From assembly GCA_002478265.1 (NCBI GenBank), contig DLNC01000019.1, positions 2,866 through 66,865 of the forward strand: DNA of 64,000 nucleotides, written 5' to 3'. The stretch is from Syntrophaceae bacterium UBA7520 (GTDB lineage Bacteria; Desulfobacterota; Syntrophia; Syntrophales; Smithellaceae). Of this stretch, positions 44,231 through 53,141 are shown piece by piece. Each line of letters begins with the position of its first letter. Position 1 is the first letter of the stretch. The notes under the pieces were generated by a model that worked only from the letters and a program-made list of their open reading frames with translations, searched no databases and was not told where the DNA came from. The translations under genes and the position numbers were made by a program.

Positions 44231-45376
44231 TCAAAAATGTTTGTCCAGATACCTCGCGAGCCGGTCTAAACCTTCCCTGATGTTTTCCAGGGAATTGGCG
44301 TAGGAAAAGCGCAAAAATCCTTCGCCGCCGCTGCCGAAATCGATGCCGGGGGTTACGCCCACTTTGGCTTTCTCAGTAATGCGGAAAGCTTCCTTATATG
44401 AATCTTTGCAAAACTTACGCGCGTCGGCAAAAACATAAAACGCGCCGGTGGGCTCCACGTGAATGACAAACCCCATTTCCTGCAGGCGCCCCAGCATATA
44501 ACGGCGGCGCTCGTCATAAATTTTCACCATTGCCGCCACGTCTTTTTGCGCCTTTGTCAACGCGGCAATCCCCGCCCACTGGATAAATCCACTGGCGGAA
44601 ATCATGAAGTTCTGATGAATCCGCTGCATTACTTTGGAAAACTCCCTGGGAAAGATGCAGTAGCCCAGCCGCCAGCCGGTCATCGCGTATAATTTGGAAA
44701 AGCCGTTAATCACAAAAGCGCGGTCGGTAAATTCCAAAATGGAATGCGCGCGGTCTTTGTAAACCAGGCCGTGATAAATCTCGTCGGAAACTATATATTG
44801 CTTTTTAAACTGAGCGATGTTCTGCAATTGCTCCTTACTCATGACAATGCCCGTAGGATTTGACGGCGAATTGATAAAAATCGCCTTTGTGCGCGGCGTA
44901 ATCTTCTTTTTAATATCCGCCGGGCGATACACAAATCCTTCTTCCGGACGGGTTTTTATTTCCTTGAGCTTGCCGCCCGCCGCCAGGATAAAATTCTGAT
45001 AGCAGGGATAGCGCGGGTTGGAGACAATCACTTCATCGCCTTTATCCAGAATAGCCAACATCGCGAACAAAAGAGCCGGAGAAGTTCCGGTGGAAACTAA
45101 AACTTGTTCCGGCGTAATCGTCACGCGGTATTCCTGAAAATAAAAATCACAGATCGCCTGTCGCAGTTCCAGAAGCCCCAAAGCGTGCGTGTAGCGGGTT
45201 TTGTTTTTTTGCAACGCGTCAATGGCCGCCTCAGTGATAACTTTGGGCGTGGGAAAATCCGGCTCGCCCACCTCCAAATGAATGACGTTTTCTCCCCGGC
45301 GTTCCAGCTCTTCAGCTTTGGCCATTACATCCATCACGATAAAAGAAGTAAATTTATCCGCGCGTTTGGAAATCAT
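44231..45376 (-). CDS. class I/II pyridoxal-phosphate aminotransferase (AspC-like)
   Basis: Contains INSPSNPTG and FSKLYAMTGWRLGY (PLP lysine). ATG 45376 has an AAGGA RBS; GTG 45400 is less likely. Confidence 0.88.
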   Translation of the reverse strand: MISKRADKFTSFIVMDVMAKAEELERRGENVIHLEVGEPDFPTPKVITEAAIDALQKNKTRYTHALGLLELRQAICDFYFQEYRVTITPEQVLVSTGTSPALLFAMLAILDKGDEVIVSNPRYPCYQNFILAAGGKLKEIKTRPEEGFVYRPADIKKKITPRTKAIFINSPSNPTGIVMSKEQLQNIAQFKKQYIVSDEIYHGLVYKDRAHSILEFTDRAFVINGFSKLYAMTGWRLGYCIFPREFSKVMQRIHQNFMISASGFIQWAGIAALTKAQKDVAAMVKIYDERRRYMLGRLQEMGFVIHVEPTGAFYVFADARKFCKDSYKEAFRITEKAKVGVTPGIDFGSGGEGFLRFSYANSLENIREGLDRLARYLDKHF

Positions 45377-45561
45377 GATAATCCTTCGCCCTTGGGCCAC
45401 TATTTCAATATATCTAATGTTATTGGCCTAATTTTTCAACCATTAATCTTTAAATAAAGGCGCAAATATGCTAGCTTTAAGCTACAAAATATATTCGTAT
45501 CTTGTTTCTTAATCAGGCGAAAATACTCGCCTAACTTTGCTCGTAATAAAGGAGGTAAAAA

Positions 45562-46053
45562 ATGGCTCGCTATATATCACTGGTCATTTTCCTTGCGGCG
45601 CTGAGTTTTCTTTGCTTGAGCGCGACCGCGCAAACACAAAAAACCATGAGCGTGCAGGTAAAACAAACGCAATTGAGAGCTACTCCCTCGCATCTGGGAA
45701 AGATTGTGGTCAGAGCTCCCTACGGCGCGCGCGTCACTATTCTCGAGGAACGCGGCGACTGGAAAAGAACGGCTTACGGAAGTTACCGCGGCTGGGTGCA
45801 TGCTTCTTCTCTGACCACCAAGAGAATCATTTTAACAGCTGGACAGACTTCTCAAACCGGCACCGTCGGGCAGGGTGAAATAGCTCTGGCGGGAAAAGGA
45901 TTTAATAAGGAAGTCGAAAACCGCTACCGCGCGACTAACAAAAATCTGGATTACACCTGGATAAACCGCATGGAAGCCTTCGATGTAACCTCGGAGCAGA
46001 TAGAAAATTTTGTCAGCGAAGGAAGGCTTTCGCTGGGCAACGAGGGAGGCTGA
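45562..46053 (+). CDS. secreted bacterial SH3-domain protein
   Basis: 163 aa. GGAGG RBS. Signal peptide ...CLSATAQ. The SH3b-like core reads LRATPSHLGKIVVRAPYGARVTILEERGDWKRTAYGSYRGWVHASSL. Confidence 0.7.
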   Translation: MARYISLVIFLAALSFLCLSATAQTQKTMSVQVKQTQLRATPSHLGKIVVRAPYGARVTILEERGDWKRTAYGSYRGWVHASSLTTKRIILTAGQTSQTGTVGQGEIALAGKGFNKEVENRYRATNKNLDYTWINRMEAFDVTSEQIENFVSEGRLSLGNEGG

Positions 46054-46055
46054 AT

Positions 46056-46961
46056 ATGAAAAAATTTACTTTACAAATAATATCATTTCTCGCCTTGTTA
46101 ATTTTCTGCGGCTGCGCGGCGGTGGAAACGGCAACAACCGTGGCCACAGACATAGCAGTTCAAAGAGGCACAATTACCAAAGAGCAGGCCGCATCCATCC
46201 GCACCGGCACAACAGCTGTGTCCAGAAGCCTGGAAGAATTTACACCGGAGCAGGAATATTACATCGGCCGTTCCGTCGGCGCGGTAGTTCTGACCAAATA
46301 CAAGGCGCTCAATGATGCAAAAATAAATTCCTACGTGAACCTGTTGGGTCAGACGCTCGCGCTGGCCTCGGACACGCCGGAGTTGTTTGCCGGTTATCAT
46401 TTTCTGGTGCTGGATTCCGACGACATCAACGCTTTTGCCACCCCCGGCGGGCATGTTTTTGTCACCCGTGGCCTCATCCGCTGTTCCCGGACAGAAGACG
46501 AACTGGCCGCCGTACTGGCGCATGAAATTGGCCATATCCAGAGGCGCCACGGCATCAGCGCTATCCAAAAAGCGCGCATGGCGGAGGCATTAGCTGTTTT
46601 GGCCAGAGAAGGAGTGAAGACATACGGCGATGAGGAATTAATCAAATTGTCGAACAGTTTTGGCGATGTAATTTCTGATATCACCACCACGCTGATCAAC
46701 AACGGTTACTCCCGCGCTTATGAGTATCAGGCCGACGCTGTGGCGGTTACCATCTTAAGACGCGCCGGTTATCAGCCGGGCGCGCTGGTAAATATGCTGC
46801 AGGTAATGGGCAGGCAGATAAAACCCGGTGGGTCAGATTTTGCCAAAACACATCCCTCGCCGCAGGCGCGGATCGCCGAACTAGGCATGAGCGCGCAGAC
46901 AGCGCAAATACCTAACGTCCGCAAAGATAGATTTATCAAGGCCGCGGGTCATTTGTTATAA
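46056..46961 (+). CDS. M48 family metallopeptidase, probable lipoprotein
   Basis: 301 aa. Cys-containing signal LIFCGC. HEIGHIQRRH zinc motif. Start lies 3 nt after the upstream stop. Confidence 0.85.
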   Translation: MKKFTLQIISFLALLIFCGCAAVETATTVATDIAVQRGTITKEQAASIRTGTTAVSRSLEEFTPEQEYYIGRSVGAVVLTKYKALNDAKINSYVNLLGQTLALASDTPELFAGYHFLVLDSDDINAFATPGGHVFVTRGLIRCSRTEDELAAVLAHEIGHIQRRHGISAIQKARMAEALAVLAREGVKTYGDEELIKLSNSFGDVISDITTTLINNGYSRAYEYQADAVAVTILRRAGYQPGALVNMLQVMGRQIKPGGSDFAKTHPSPQARIAELGMSAQTAQIPNVRKDRFIKAAGHLL

Positions 46962-46983
46962 AATTATTTCGCGCCGGGATCAG

Positions 46984-49125
46984 ATGATGGTTCTTAAAAA
47001 AATAAAAGGAAATAAATTATTCCAGGGAATGGCGGCAGGGCTGATCGGCACCGCCGTTGCGCTGGCTTTTTTTCTGCCGGGCTGGCTGGAGCGCTGGGAA
47101 GCCAAAACGTGGGATTGGCGCGTCAGCACCCTGGCCAAGCCATCAAACGCCACAGACAAAATCCGCGTTATCATGCTTGACCAGAGTTCGCTCGATTGGG
47201 GCAAAGATGAAAACGCATTATCCTGGCCCTGGCCGCGCGAAGTTTATGGCGCGGTAATTGATTTTTGCAAACGCGCCGGTGCGCGCTCCCTTGCCTTTGA
47301 TGTACTTTACACGGAACATTCCAAATACGGAGTGTCAGATGATCAGGCAATGGCCGATGCCATGCGCGCGATGCCTGTTGTCAGCGCGGTATTTTTAAGC
47401 AGAAATACCGGCAGCCAAACAAGCTGGCCTGATTTCGCGCCCGCGCCTGTTTTTCAGATAAACGGCCTTGACGATTGGATAAGTAAAGCTGGTTATCAAA
47501 GCTACGCGCATGCTTCCTTTCCTGTTCCCAAAATCGCAGCGGCAGTCAAAGTTCTGGCCAACGTCCAGATGCGCCCCGATGCCGACAGCGTCTACCGCCG
47601 CGTCACGCTGCTGGAAATTTTTGACGGCAAAGTAATGCCCACGCTGGGGCTGGCCAATTATCTTGCGGCGCATCCGCAAACAAAAATGTCCATCGCGCCG
47701 GGCAAATTAACTATCAATGATAAGACCATTCCCATTGATGAAAAGGGACAGGCCATTTTAAATTTCCGCGGCCCCACAGGTACGCACAAATCTTATTCCG
47801 CCGCGGCGGTTATCCAAAGCTCGCTTTTGCTGGCGGAGGGAGAAAAACCGGTGATTGACACGGAAGAATTTAAAGACGCTTTTGTCTTTTTCGGCTTTTC
47901 CGCGCCCGGCCTTTTCGATTTGCGCCCTACGCCTGTTTCGGGCGTCTATCCGGGCGTGGAAGTTTTTGCCACTCTGCTCGATAATCTGCTGGCCGGAGAT
48001 TTTATTAAGCCTACGCCGCTGATTATCACCATCGCCCTCACCTTGCTTTTGGCGCTTCTGGCGGGAATCTTTTCTTCCTGGGCGACAGGCATTGCCCGCA
48101 GCGCTTTTGTTTATGTCGCGTTTTTAATTCTGCCGGTGGCGCTTTGTTTTGCCGTTTACCGATGGGGATTTTGGCTGCCAATGCTCGTGCAGGAAACAGC
48201 CGTGGCGGTAACGCTGGTCAGCGCGGGGCTGATTTATTACACAACCGAGGGAAGGCAAAAAACTTATATCAAAAATGCTTTCAAGCAATACTTAAGCCCG
48301 GATGTTATCGAAGAGCTGATCGCGCATCCGGAACGCCTGAAGCTGGGCGGTGAGAGAAAAACTCTTTCCGTTTTCTTTTCCGATCTGGAGGGGTTTACTT
48401 CACTTTCCGAGGGGCTCGATCCTGAAACGCTTACAAATCTCCTCAACACTTATCTTTCCGCCATGACGGATATCATTCATGAGGAAGGCGGCACAGTGGA
48501 TAAATACGAAGGCGACGCGATTATCGCCTTCTGGAACGCGCCTTTAGAGCAGCCCGATCACGCCACGCGCTGCGTGCGCGCCGCGCTCAAATGTCAGGAA
48601 AAATTAGCCCAGATGCGCCCGGATTTTTATAAGAGCCTTAATAAAAATCTGAACATGCGCATCGGCATCAACACCGGTCAGGCGGTTGTGGGCAACATGG
48701 GCTCAAAGTCGCGCTTTGATTACACGATGATCGGCGACGCGGTAAATCTGGCGTCGCGCCTGGAAGGAATCAACAAACAGTTTGGCACTTATACTTTGAT
48801 ATCGCAGGCAACTAAAGAACAAATGGCAAATGCTTTCCCCACGCGGGAAATTTCGCGAGTTGAGGTGGTGGGAAGAAAAGAGCCTGTCGTTATTTATGAG
48901 CCAATGCTGCCGGAGGAAATCACTGCGGAAAAACAAAATATACTGGATAAATTCAATCATGCCCTAAAATTATTTTACGAAGGAAATTTTAAGCAGGCAA
49001 AAAATCTTTTTGCCGAAATTGCCGCAAAAGACGCCGCGGCACGCGCTTATGTTTTAAAATGTGAAGAACTTATCACCCAGCCACCTACAAACTGGCAGGG
49101 CGTCTGGGTGGTGACACAGAAATAA
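46984..49125 (+). CDS. CHASE2 sensor domain class III adenylate/guanylate cyclase
   Basis: 713 aa. N-terminal TM, about 300-aa periplasmic domain, three TM helices, then the cyclase core FFSDLEGFTSLSE, GDAIIAFWNAP, RIGINTGQAVVGNMGS, GDAVNLASRLE. Confidence 0.85.
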   Translation: MMVLKKIKGNKLFQGMAAGLIGTAVALAFFLPGWLERWEAKTWDWRVSTLAKPSNATDKIRVIMLDQSSLDWGKDENALSWPWPREVYGAVIDFCKRAGARSLAFDVLYTEHSKYGVSDDQAMADAMRAMPVVSAVFLSRNTGSQTSWPDFAPAPVFQINGLDDWISKAGYQSYAHASFPVPKIAAAVKVLANVQMRPDADSVYRRVTLLEIFDGKVMPTLGLANYLAAHPQTKMSIAPGKLTINDKTIPIDEKGQAILNFRGPTGTHKSYSAAAVIQSSLLLAEGEKPVIDTEEFKDAFVFFGFSAPGLFDLRPTPVSGVYPGVEVFATLLDNLLAGDFIKPTPLIITIALTLLLALLAGIFSSWATGIARSAFVYVAFLILPVALCFAVYRWGFWLPMLVQETAVAVTLVSAGLIYYTTEGRQKTYIKNAFKQYLSPDVIEELIAHPERLKLGGERKTLSVFFSDLEGFTSLSEGLDPETLTNLLNTYLSAMTDIIHEEGGTVDKYEGDAIIAFWNAPLEQPDHATRCVRAALKCQEKLAQMRPDFYKSLNKNLNMRIGINTGQAVVGNMGSKSRFDYTMIGDAVNLASRLEGINKQFGTYTLISQATKEQMANAFPTREISRVEVVGRKEPVVIYEPMLPEEITAEKQNILDKFNHALKLFYEGNFKQAKNLFAEIAAKDAAARAYVLKCEELITQPPTNWQGVWVVTQK

Positions 49126-49251
49126 TAAAGTAGAAGCAAGCTATTTAAGAAGCGCATTTTGAACATTATTTTTTACTAGAATCTTTTGTTGACTGGTTTA
49201 AATAAATATTCATATCGGAAAACATCGAATCTAATAAAGAAGGGATCTCAA

Positions 49252-49946
49252 ATGTCAGTACGCGCCACGAGTAAAACACAAAGTATAAGTGCAGGCACTA
49301 TTTTTCTTGCATGTAATTTCTCTAATAAACGCGTTAAGCGACACTTTGATAGATTAAAGAAAAAATGGGAAGATACTCTTCCGGTGTGTGTATATATTAG
49401 TGACCAAGTTCAAGGAAAAGGTGCGCGAGATTTATGGAAAGACATAACTCAAACTATAAAAAAATCTACTCTTTCAATCTTTGACGTAACGTCTTTCCGT
49501 CCAAACGTTATCCTTGAACTAGGATTTGCACTAGCAAATAAGAGGGCCGGCGGAGATATTCATCTGCCGCGATCTAACCCCAGATGGGAAGAAGAGAAAA
49601 AAAACAAAAATGGCTGTTAAGCGATATTTCGCACCTGCATCGAATCGATTACAGAACATTTAATATCCTTGATGATCAACTTCTTAAATATGTTATGGCA
49701 ATGGTGCCAGCCAGGAATTTCAATCGTCTTATTGATGAATTGAAACGGCAAAAAAAATTATCTACAAAAGCATACATTGCAGAAGCACTTGGGATAATGA
49801 AAAAAATTAGAGATACTGGACCAATCCCCCGCCGAGATTTCAAACGCTGTATAGAAGATGACGCTGTTGATGCTAAAATACTTGGCAATCTTTTACAACG
49901 CTATAAATTAGCCAGACCAGAACCAAGCAAAGATGGTTGTTGGTAG
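49252..49946 (+). pseudogene. frameshifted gene for a TIR-like / nucleoside 2-deoxyribosyltransferase-like Rossmannoid protein with a helical C-terminal domain
   Basis: ORF 49252-49620 (IFLACNFS...LSIFDVTSFRPNVILELGFALA) and ORF 49584-49946 (WLLSDISHLHRIDY...) are contiguous if the frame shifts by -1 in the A8 run at 49597-49604. AAGGGA RBS before ATG 49252. AT-rich context. Confidence 0.5.
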
Positions 49947-50011
49947 CTATATGATAATATAAAAAGTTGATCCAGCCAATCACTTTGCTACGGATCAGCT
50001 TTTCTATTAAA

Positions 50012-50161
50012 CTAATCAGGCCTTACCGTTACCCAGAGGAATGTCTCCCCACCGATGACGCGGTAGTCACCAAACCAGATTTTAAAGCCCGTTTTTATTA
50101 AATAACGATAATAATCCGCCGCCAAATAATAAGTTAACGGCTTATGCTTATCTCGGTTCAT
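50012..50161 (-). pseudogene. remnant of the 3' end of a class I methyltransferase gene (paralog of 50808-51422)
   Basis: The minus strand translates to HKPLTYYLAADYYRYLIKTGFKIWFGDYRVIGGETFLWVTVRPD*, against HKTPQDLYKDLINTGFKIVSADYRAIGGETFLWVMVKPD* at the end of the intact gene. No N-terminal part is present. Confidence 0.75.
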
Positions 50162-50178
50162 TGTCCGGCTTGGTTAAA

Positions 50179-50448
50179 TTATTTACTGTATTTGTGTGAG
50201 CCGAGCAATATCTTCAATAAGGCGCCTTTTGCTATGCCATCTATATTCTTTTTCTTTGCGTTAGCTTCTTGGCCGGCATCTGCGTCGGCGGCTTCGGCTT
50301 CGCACTTCTGTATGAATCTGGCCTCGGCTTTCCCCACCAACTTTTCCGCAGCAGCTTTTGCCGCGCATGTTTCTTCCGCAAATGCAAAGCTCGTAATGAA
50401 TGGAATAGTGATGAGAGTCAGCAATATTTTTGTTAATATCTTATTCAT
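50179..50448 (-). CDS. small secreted Ala/Lys-rich protein (hypothetical)
   Basis: 89 aa. Signal peptide LLTLITIPFITSFAFA/EE. Two Cys. Preferred over the overlapping plus-strand ORF 50144-50461, which lacks protein-like features. Confidence 0.4.
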   Translation of the reverse strand: MNKILTKILLTLITIPFITSFAFAEETCAAKAAAEKLVGKAEARFIQKCEAEAADADAGQEANAKKKNIDGIAKGALLKILLGSHKYSK

Positions 50449-50657
50449 AACAAATTTATAACCTTCAAACTAAAATAGCGTCGTATTTCATGCATTATTG
50501 ATACCAAAATCTGAAAAATATCTAATCTGTTGATTTAACGAATGAATTACTTTTTTGCTAATTCTTCATTGAAGGCAAGATATGTCGAAAATATTACGGC
50601 AAATAAAAATAATGCGTATTATTACAATACATTGGTGCAAAATAAAAGAATACGGTT

Positions 50658-50679
50658 AATTCGACATTATTGTCGAATT
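50658..50679. promoter_or_regulatory. inverted repeat AATTCGACA-TTAT-TGTCGAATT
   Basis: 9-bp perfect arms with a 4-nt spacer, about 210 bp upstream of the 89-aa gene. Same core as the palindrome at 7675-7693. Confidence 0.4.
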
Positions 50680-50807
50680 TCAAAAAAGGAAGAAGTGACG
50701 TGGCTTTTTATTAAATCTTGCAATCGGCAATCTTCGCTCGTCAATGGTCAATGGCAATAATAACTTGCAGGAAAGACAAACGATCAGGCCGGTAAAACTT
50801 TCGCTGA

Positions 50808-51422
50808 TTAATCAGGCTTTACCATCACCCAGAGAAATGTTTCCCCGCCAATGGCGCGATAATCGGCAGAGACAATTTTGAAACCCGTATTTATCAAATC
50901 CTTATATAAATCCTGCGGTGTTTTGTGGCTATAGTATAATTGCTCGCCCAGAAATTCCTTATACCCGTCAAATTCAGCGCTGCCCGTGTATTCTTTTGTC
51001 GCGTAGGTGAAAAGCAGGCAGCCGCACGGTTTCAGCCATCCATGCATTTTTTCAAATAACCTCTGGTGGTCGGCCTTTGGCACATGAAACAGGCTGTAAA
51101 TAGCTGTTATCGCGTCGAAGCTCTGCGGCGCGAAATCGACATCGCGCATGTCACTGCATAAAGTTTTCATATCGGGAACATATTTTGCCGCCATCGCGAG
51201 CATCTTTTCGGAAAAATCCACGCCGGTAACTTGCCAGCCCTTGTCCGCAAAAAAACGCGCGAAAGGCTCGCCCGCCCCGCAGCCCAGATCAAGCAGAGCA
51301 CCTTTTTTAATGGAAAGCTTCTCATAAAAATGACCTAGCACCTCGGTCATATCAAATAGCCCGCGGTTTTGTTCATAAGTGGCGGCAAAGCCGTTATAAA
51401 CTTCACGAAGGGTTTTGGGCAT
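50808..51422 (-). CDS. class I SAM-dependent methyltransferase
   Basis: 204 aa. Motif I LLDLGCGAGEPF, then DAITAIYSLFHV. Confidence 0.85.
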   Translation of the reverse strand: MPKTLREVYNGFAATYEQNRGLFDMTEVLGHFYEKLSIKKGALLDLGCGAGEPFARFFADKGWQVTGVDFSEKMLAMAAKYVPDMKTLCSDMRDVDFAPQSFDAITAIYSLFHVPKADHQRLFEKMHGWLKPCGCLLFTYATKEYTGSAEFDGYKEFLGEQLYYSHKTPQDLYKDLINTGFKIVSADYRAIGGETFLWVMVKPD

Positions 51423-51544
51423 GGCTCAATTATTCCCGCGTTTTGATTTTGTCGCTGCGTAGCATTAATTGAAATTTGCCACAATATATAAATATTGCAT
51501 CGGCGGAAAGTTTAAGTTAAATGAAGTAGTGGCAGCGCGTTTTT

Positions 51545-53101
51545 ATGGATGAAAAAACTTTGAGCTTTACCCGTAGAGAACTTTTGCAGAAGGCCGCTTT
51601 ATCCGCCGCGCTTCTGGCCGTGCCCGGTATAACCGGTTTCACAACCATTCCCCGCTATCAGCCCACCGGCGCGCCCGAAGGAAAAACGCTTTATCTGACC
51701 AACGCGGAAGTTGTCCATGTTGTTTCAGGTCTCATCTTCAGCGACCAGACAATATCTGTGCGCGACGGGATCATTCGCTCTGTTTCCCCGCTGCCCCCTG
51801 AAACGCGCGAGGGCGACGTGGTACTGGATCTGAAAAATCAGTATGTACTGCCCGGCCTGATTGACGCGCATTGCCATATCACCATGCCCGGCGCTGCAGG
51901 GCTTACCGCCGGAATTTTTCTGGATGTGCTAAATCAGCTTAAACGAAATTATATCCAGCAGCTTAGACAGGGCGTAACCACCATTCGCGACATGGGCGCG
52001 CTGCCGAAAATTCTGCACGCGAATCTCGACCAGATACAAAAAGGCGAACTCATCGGCCCGCGCGTTGTTTACTGCAACGCCTTTACCAATGTTTTAGGAG
52101 GACATCCCGATATTGACCCGCGCGAAATGGGCATTCTGGCCGACCTGGTTATGACGCTAACTGGCGAATCCAACATGTGGTTTAAAGATACGGACGAGCT
52201 CAAAGAAAAGATGAAGCAAAACTCCGCCCGCGGCGCTTCTTTCATCAAGCTGACTATGGATAAAATATCGGTACTTTGCGGCAAGGGACAAATTCCCACC
52301 TACTCTGATGAGCACCTGAGGGTAATTTTTGCCTTCGCACGGAAAAACAATCTGGCCACCGCCGGGCATATCCACACCAGATTCGGCTTTAACCGCGCGT
52401 TGCAATATGGACTCAATTCCATTGAACATTCCATCAACGAATTACTTGCACCGGAAGAAATAGAAACAATGGCCGTAAGGGAAATTTTCACCGTACCGAC
52501 AATGACGGTGGTGCAGACGATGGCCGCGCCGGAGGCCTATGATGAACTGCCCAGAAAATTCCGCACGGATTTTATCGAGCGGGAAATTGCGGCGCGGCGC
52601 GACTATTTCAATTCAAATCTCGACCAATACACGGAGGCGTCAATCCACAAAAGCAATATCGCGCATCTGGAAAACTATAAAAAATACGGCTGTGAAAATC
52701 TGTATAAAAACACCCGTTACATGGCTAATCCCGATCTTTATTTTAATATTATGCTGGCCGGCCCCGCAAACCTGCTGGCGATGAAAGACGCGGGCATTGT
52801 CATCGGCTGCGGCACGGACGCGGGCGTGCCGCTTTCTTATCACGGCACGCTCTGGCGGGAAATGGAGATGCTTAAACGCATCGGTTTTACCAACGCCGAA
52901 GTCCTACGCTGCGCCACATTCAACAACGCCAAAATAATCGGCATGGCGGATAAAATCGGCACCGTTGATAGCGGCAAGCTGGCCGACCTGGTTGTCTTAC
53001 GGGAGAATCCGCTCAAAAAGATAGAGGCCTGCCGTCAGCCCTCTTTAGTTATCAAAGATGGAAAAATCTATGATGTCGGAAAAATCGCGTTTGGCACATA
53101 G
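51545..53101 (+). CDS. Tat-exported amidohydrolase family protein
   Basis: 518 aa. Twin-arginine signal SFTRRELLQKAALSAALLAVPG. Metal motif LPGLIDAHCH. Also GCGTDAG. Confidence 0.8.
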   Translation: MDEKTLSFTRRELLQKAALSAALLAVPGITGFTTIPRYQPTGAPEGKTLYLTNAEVVHVVSGLIFSDQTISVRDGIIRSVSPLPPETREGDVVLDLKNQYVLPGLIDAHCHITMPGAAGLTAGIFLDVLNQLKRNYIQQLRQGVTTIRDMGALPKILHANLDQIQKGELIGPRVVYCNAFTNVLGGHPDIDPREMGILADLVMTLTGESNMWFKDTDELKEKMKQNSARGASFIKLTMDKISVLCGKGQIPTYSDEHLRVIFAFARKNNLATAGHIHTRFGFNRALQYGLNSIEHSINELLAPEEIETMAVREIFTVPTMTVVQTMAAPEAYDELPRKFRTDFIEREIAARRDYFNSNLDQYTEASIHKSNIAHLENYKKYGCENLYKNTRYMANPDLYFNIMLAGPANLLAMKDAGIVIGCGTDAGVPLSYHGTLWREMEMLKRIGFTNAEVLRCATFNNAKIIGMADKIGTVDSGKLADLVVLRENPLKKIEACRQPSLVIKDGKIYDVGKIAFGT

Positions 53102-53141
53102 ATAAAATTTCAGCTAATAAAGAAAAGTTGGAGGATTAAAG

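Noticed and set aside
44047-44280. 77-aa plus-strand ORF between the SLT and aminotransferase genes
   Set aside because: AT-rich spacer, no RBS, and it overlaps the aminotransferase stop region. Likely non-coding promoter/terminator DNA.
50144-50461. 105-aa plus-strand ORF, and the 72-aa ORF at 50542-50760
   Set aside because: The first is antisense to the 89-aa gene, which has a clean signal peptide, and it also overlaps the methyltransferase remnant. The second is Asn/Tyr/Lys-rich AT-driven sequence containing the inverted repeat. Neither has an RBS.
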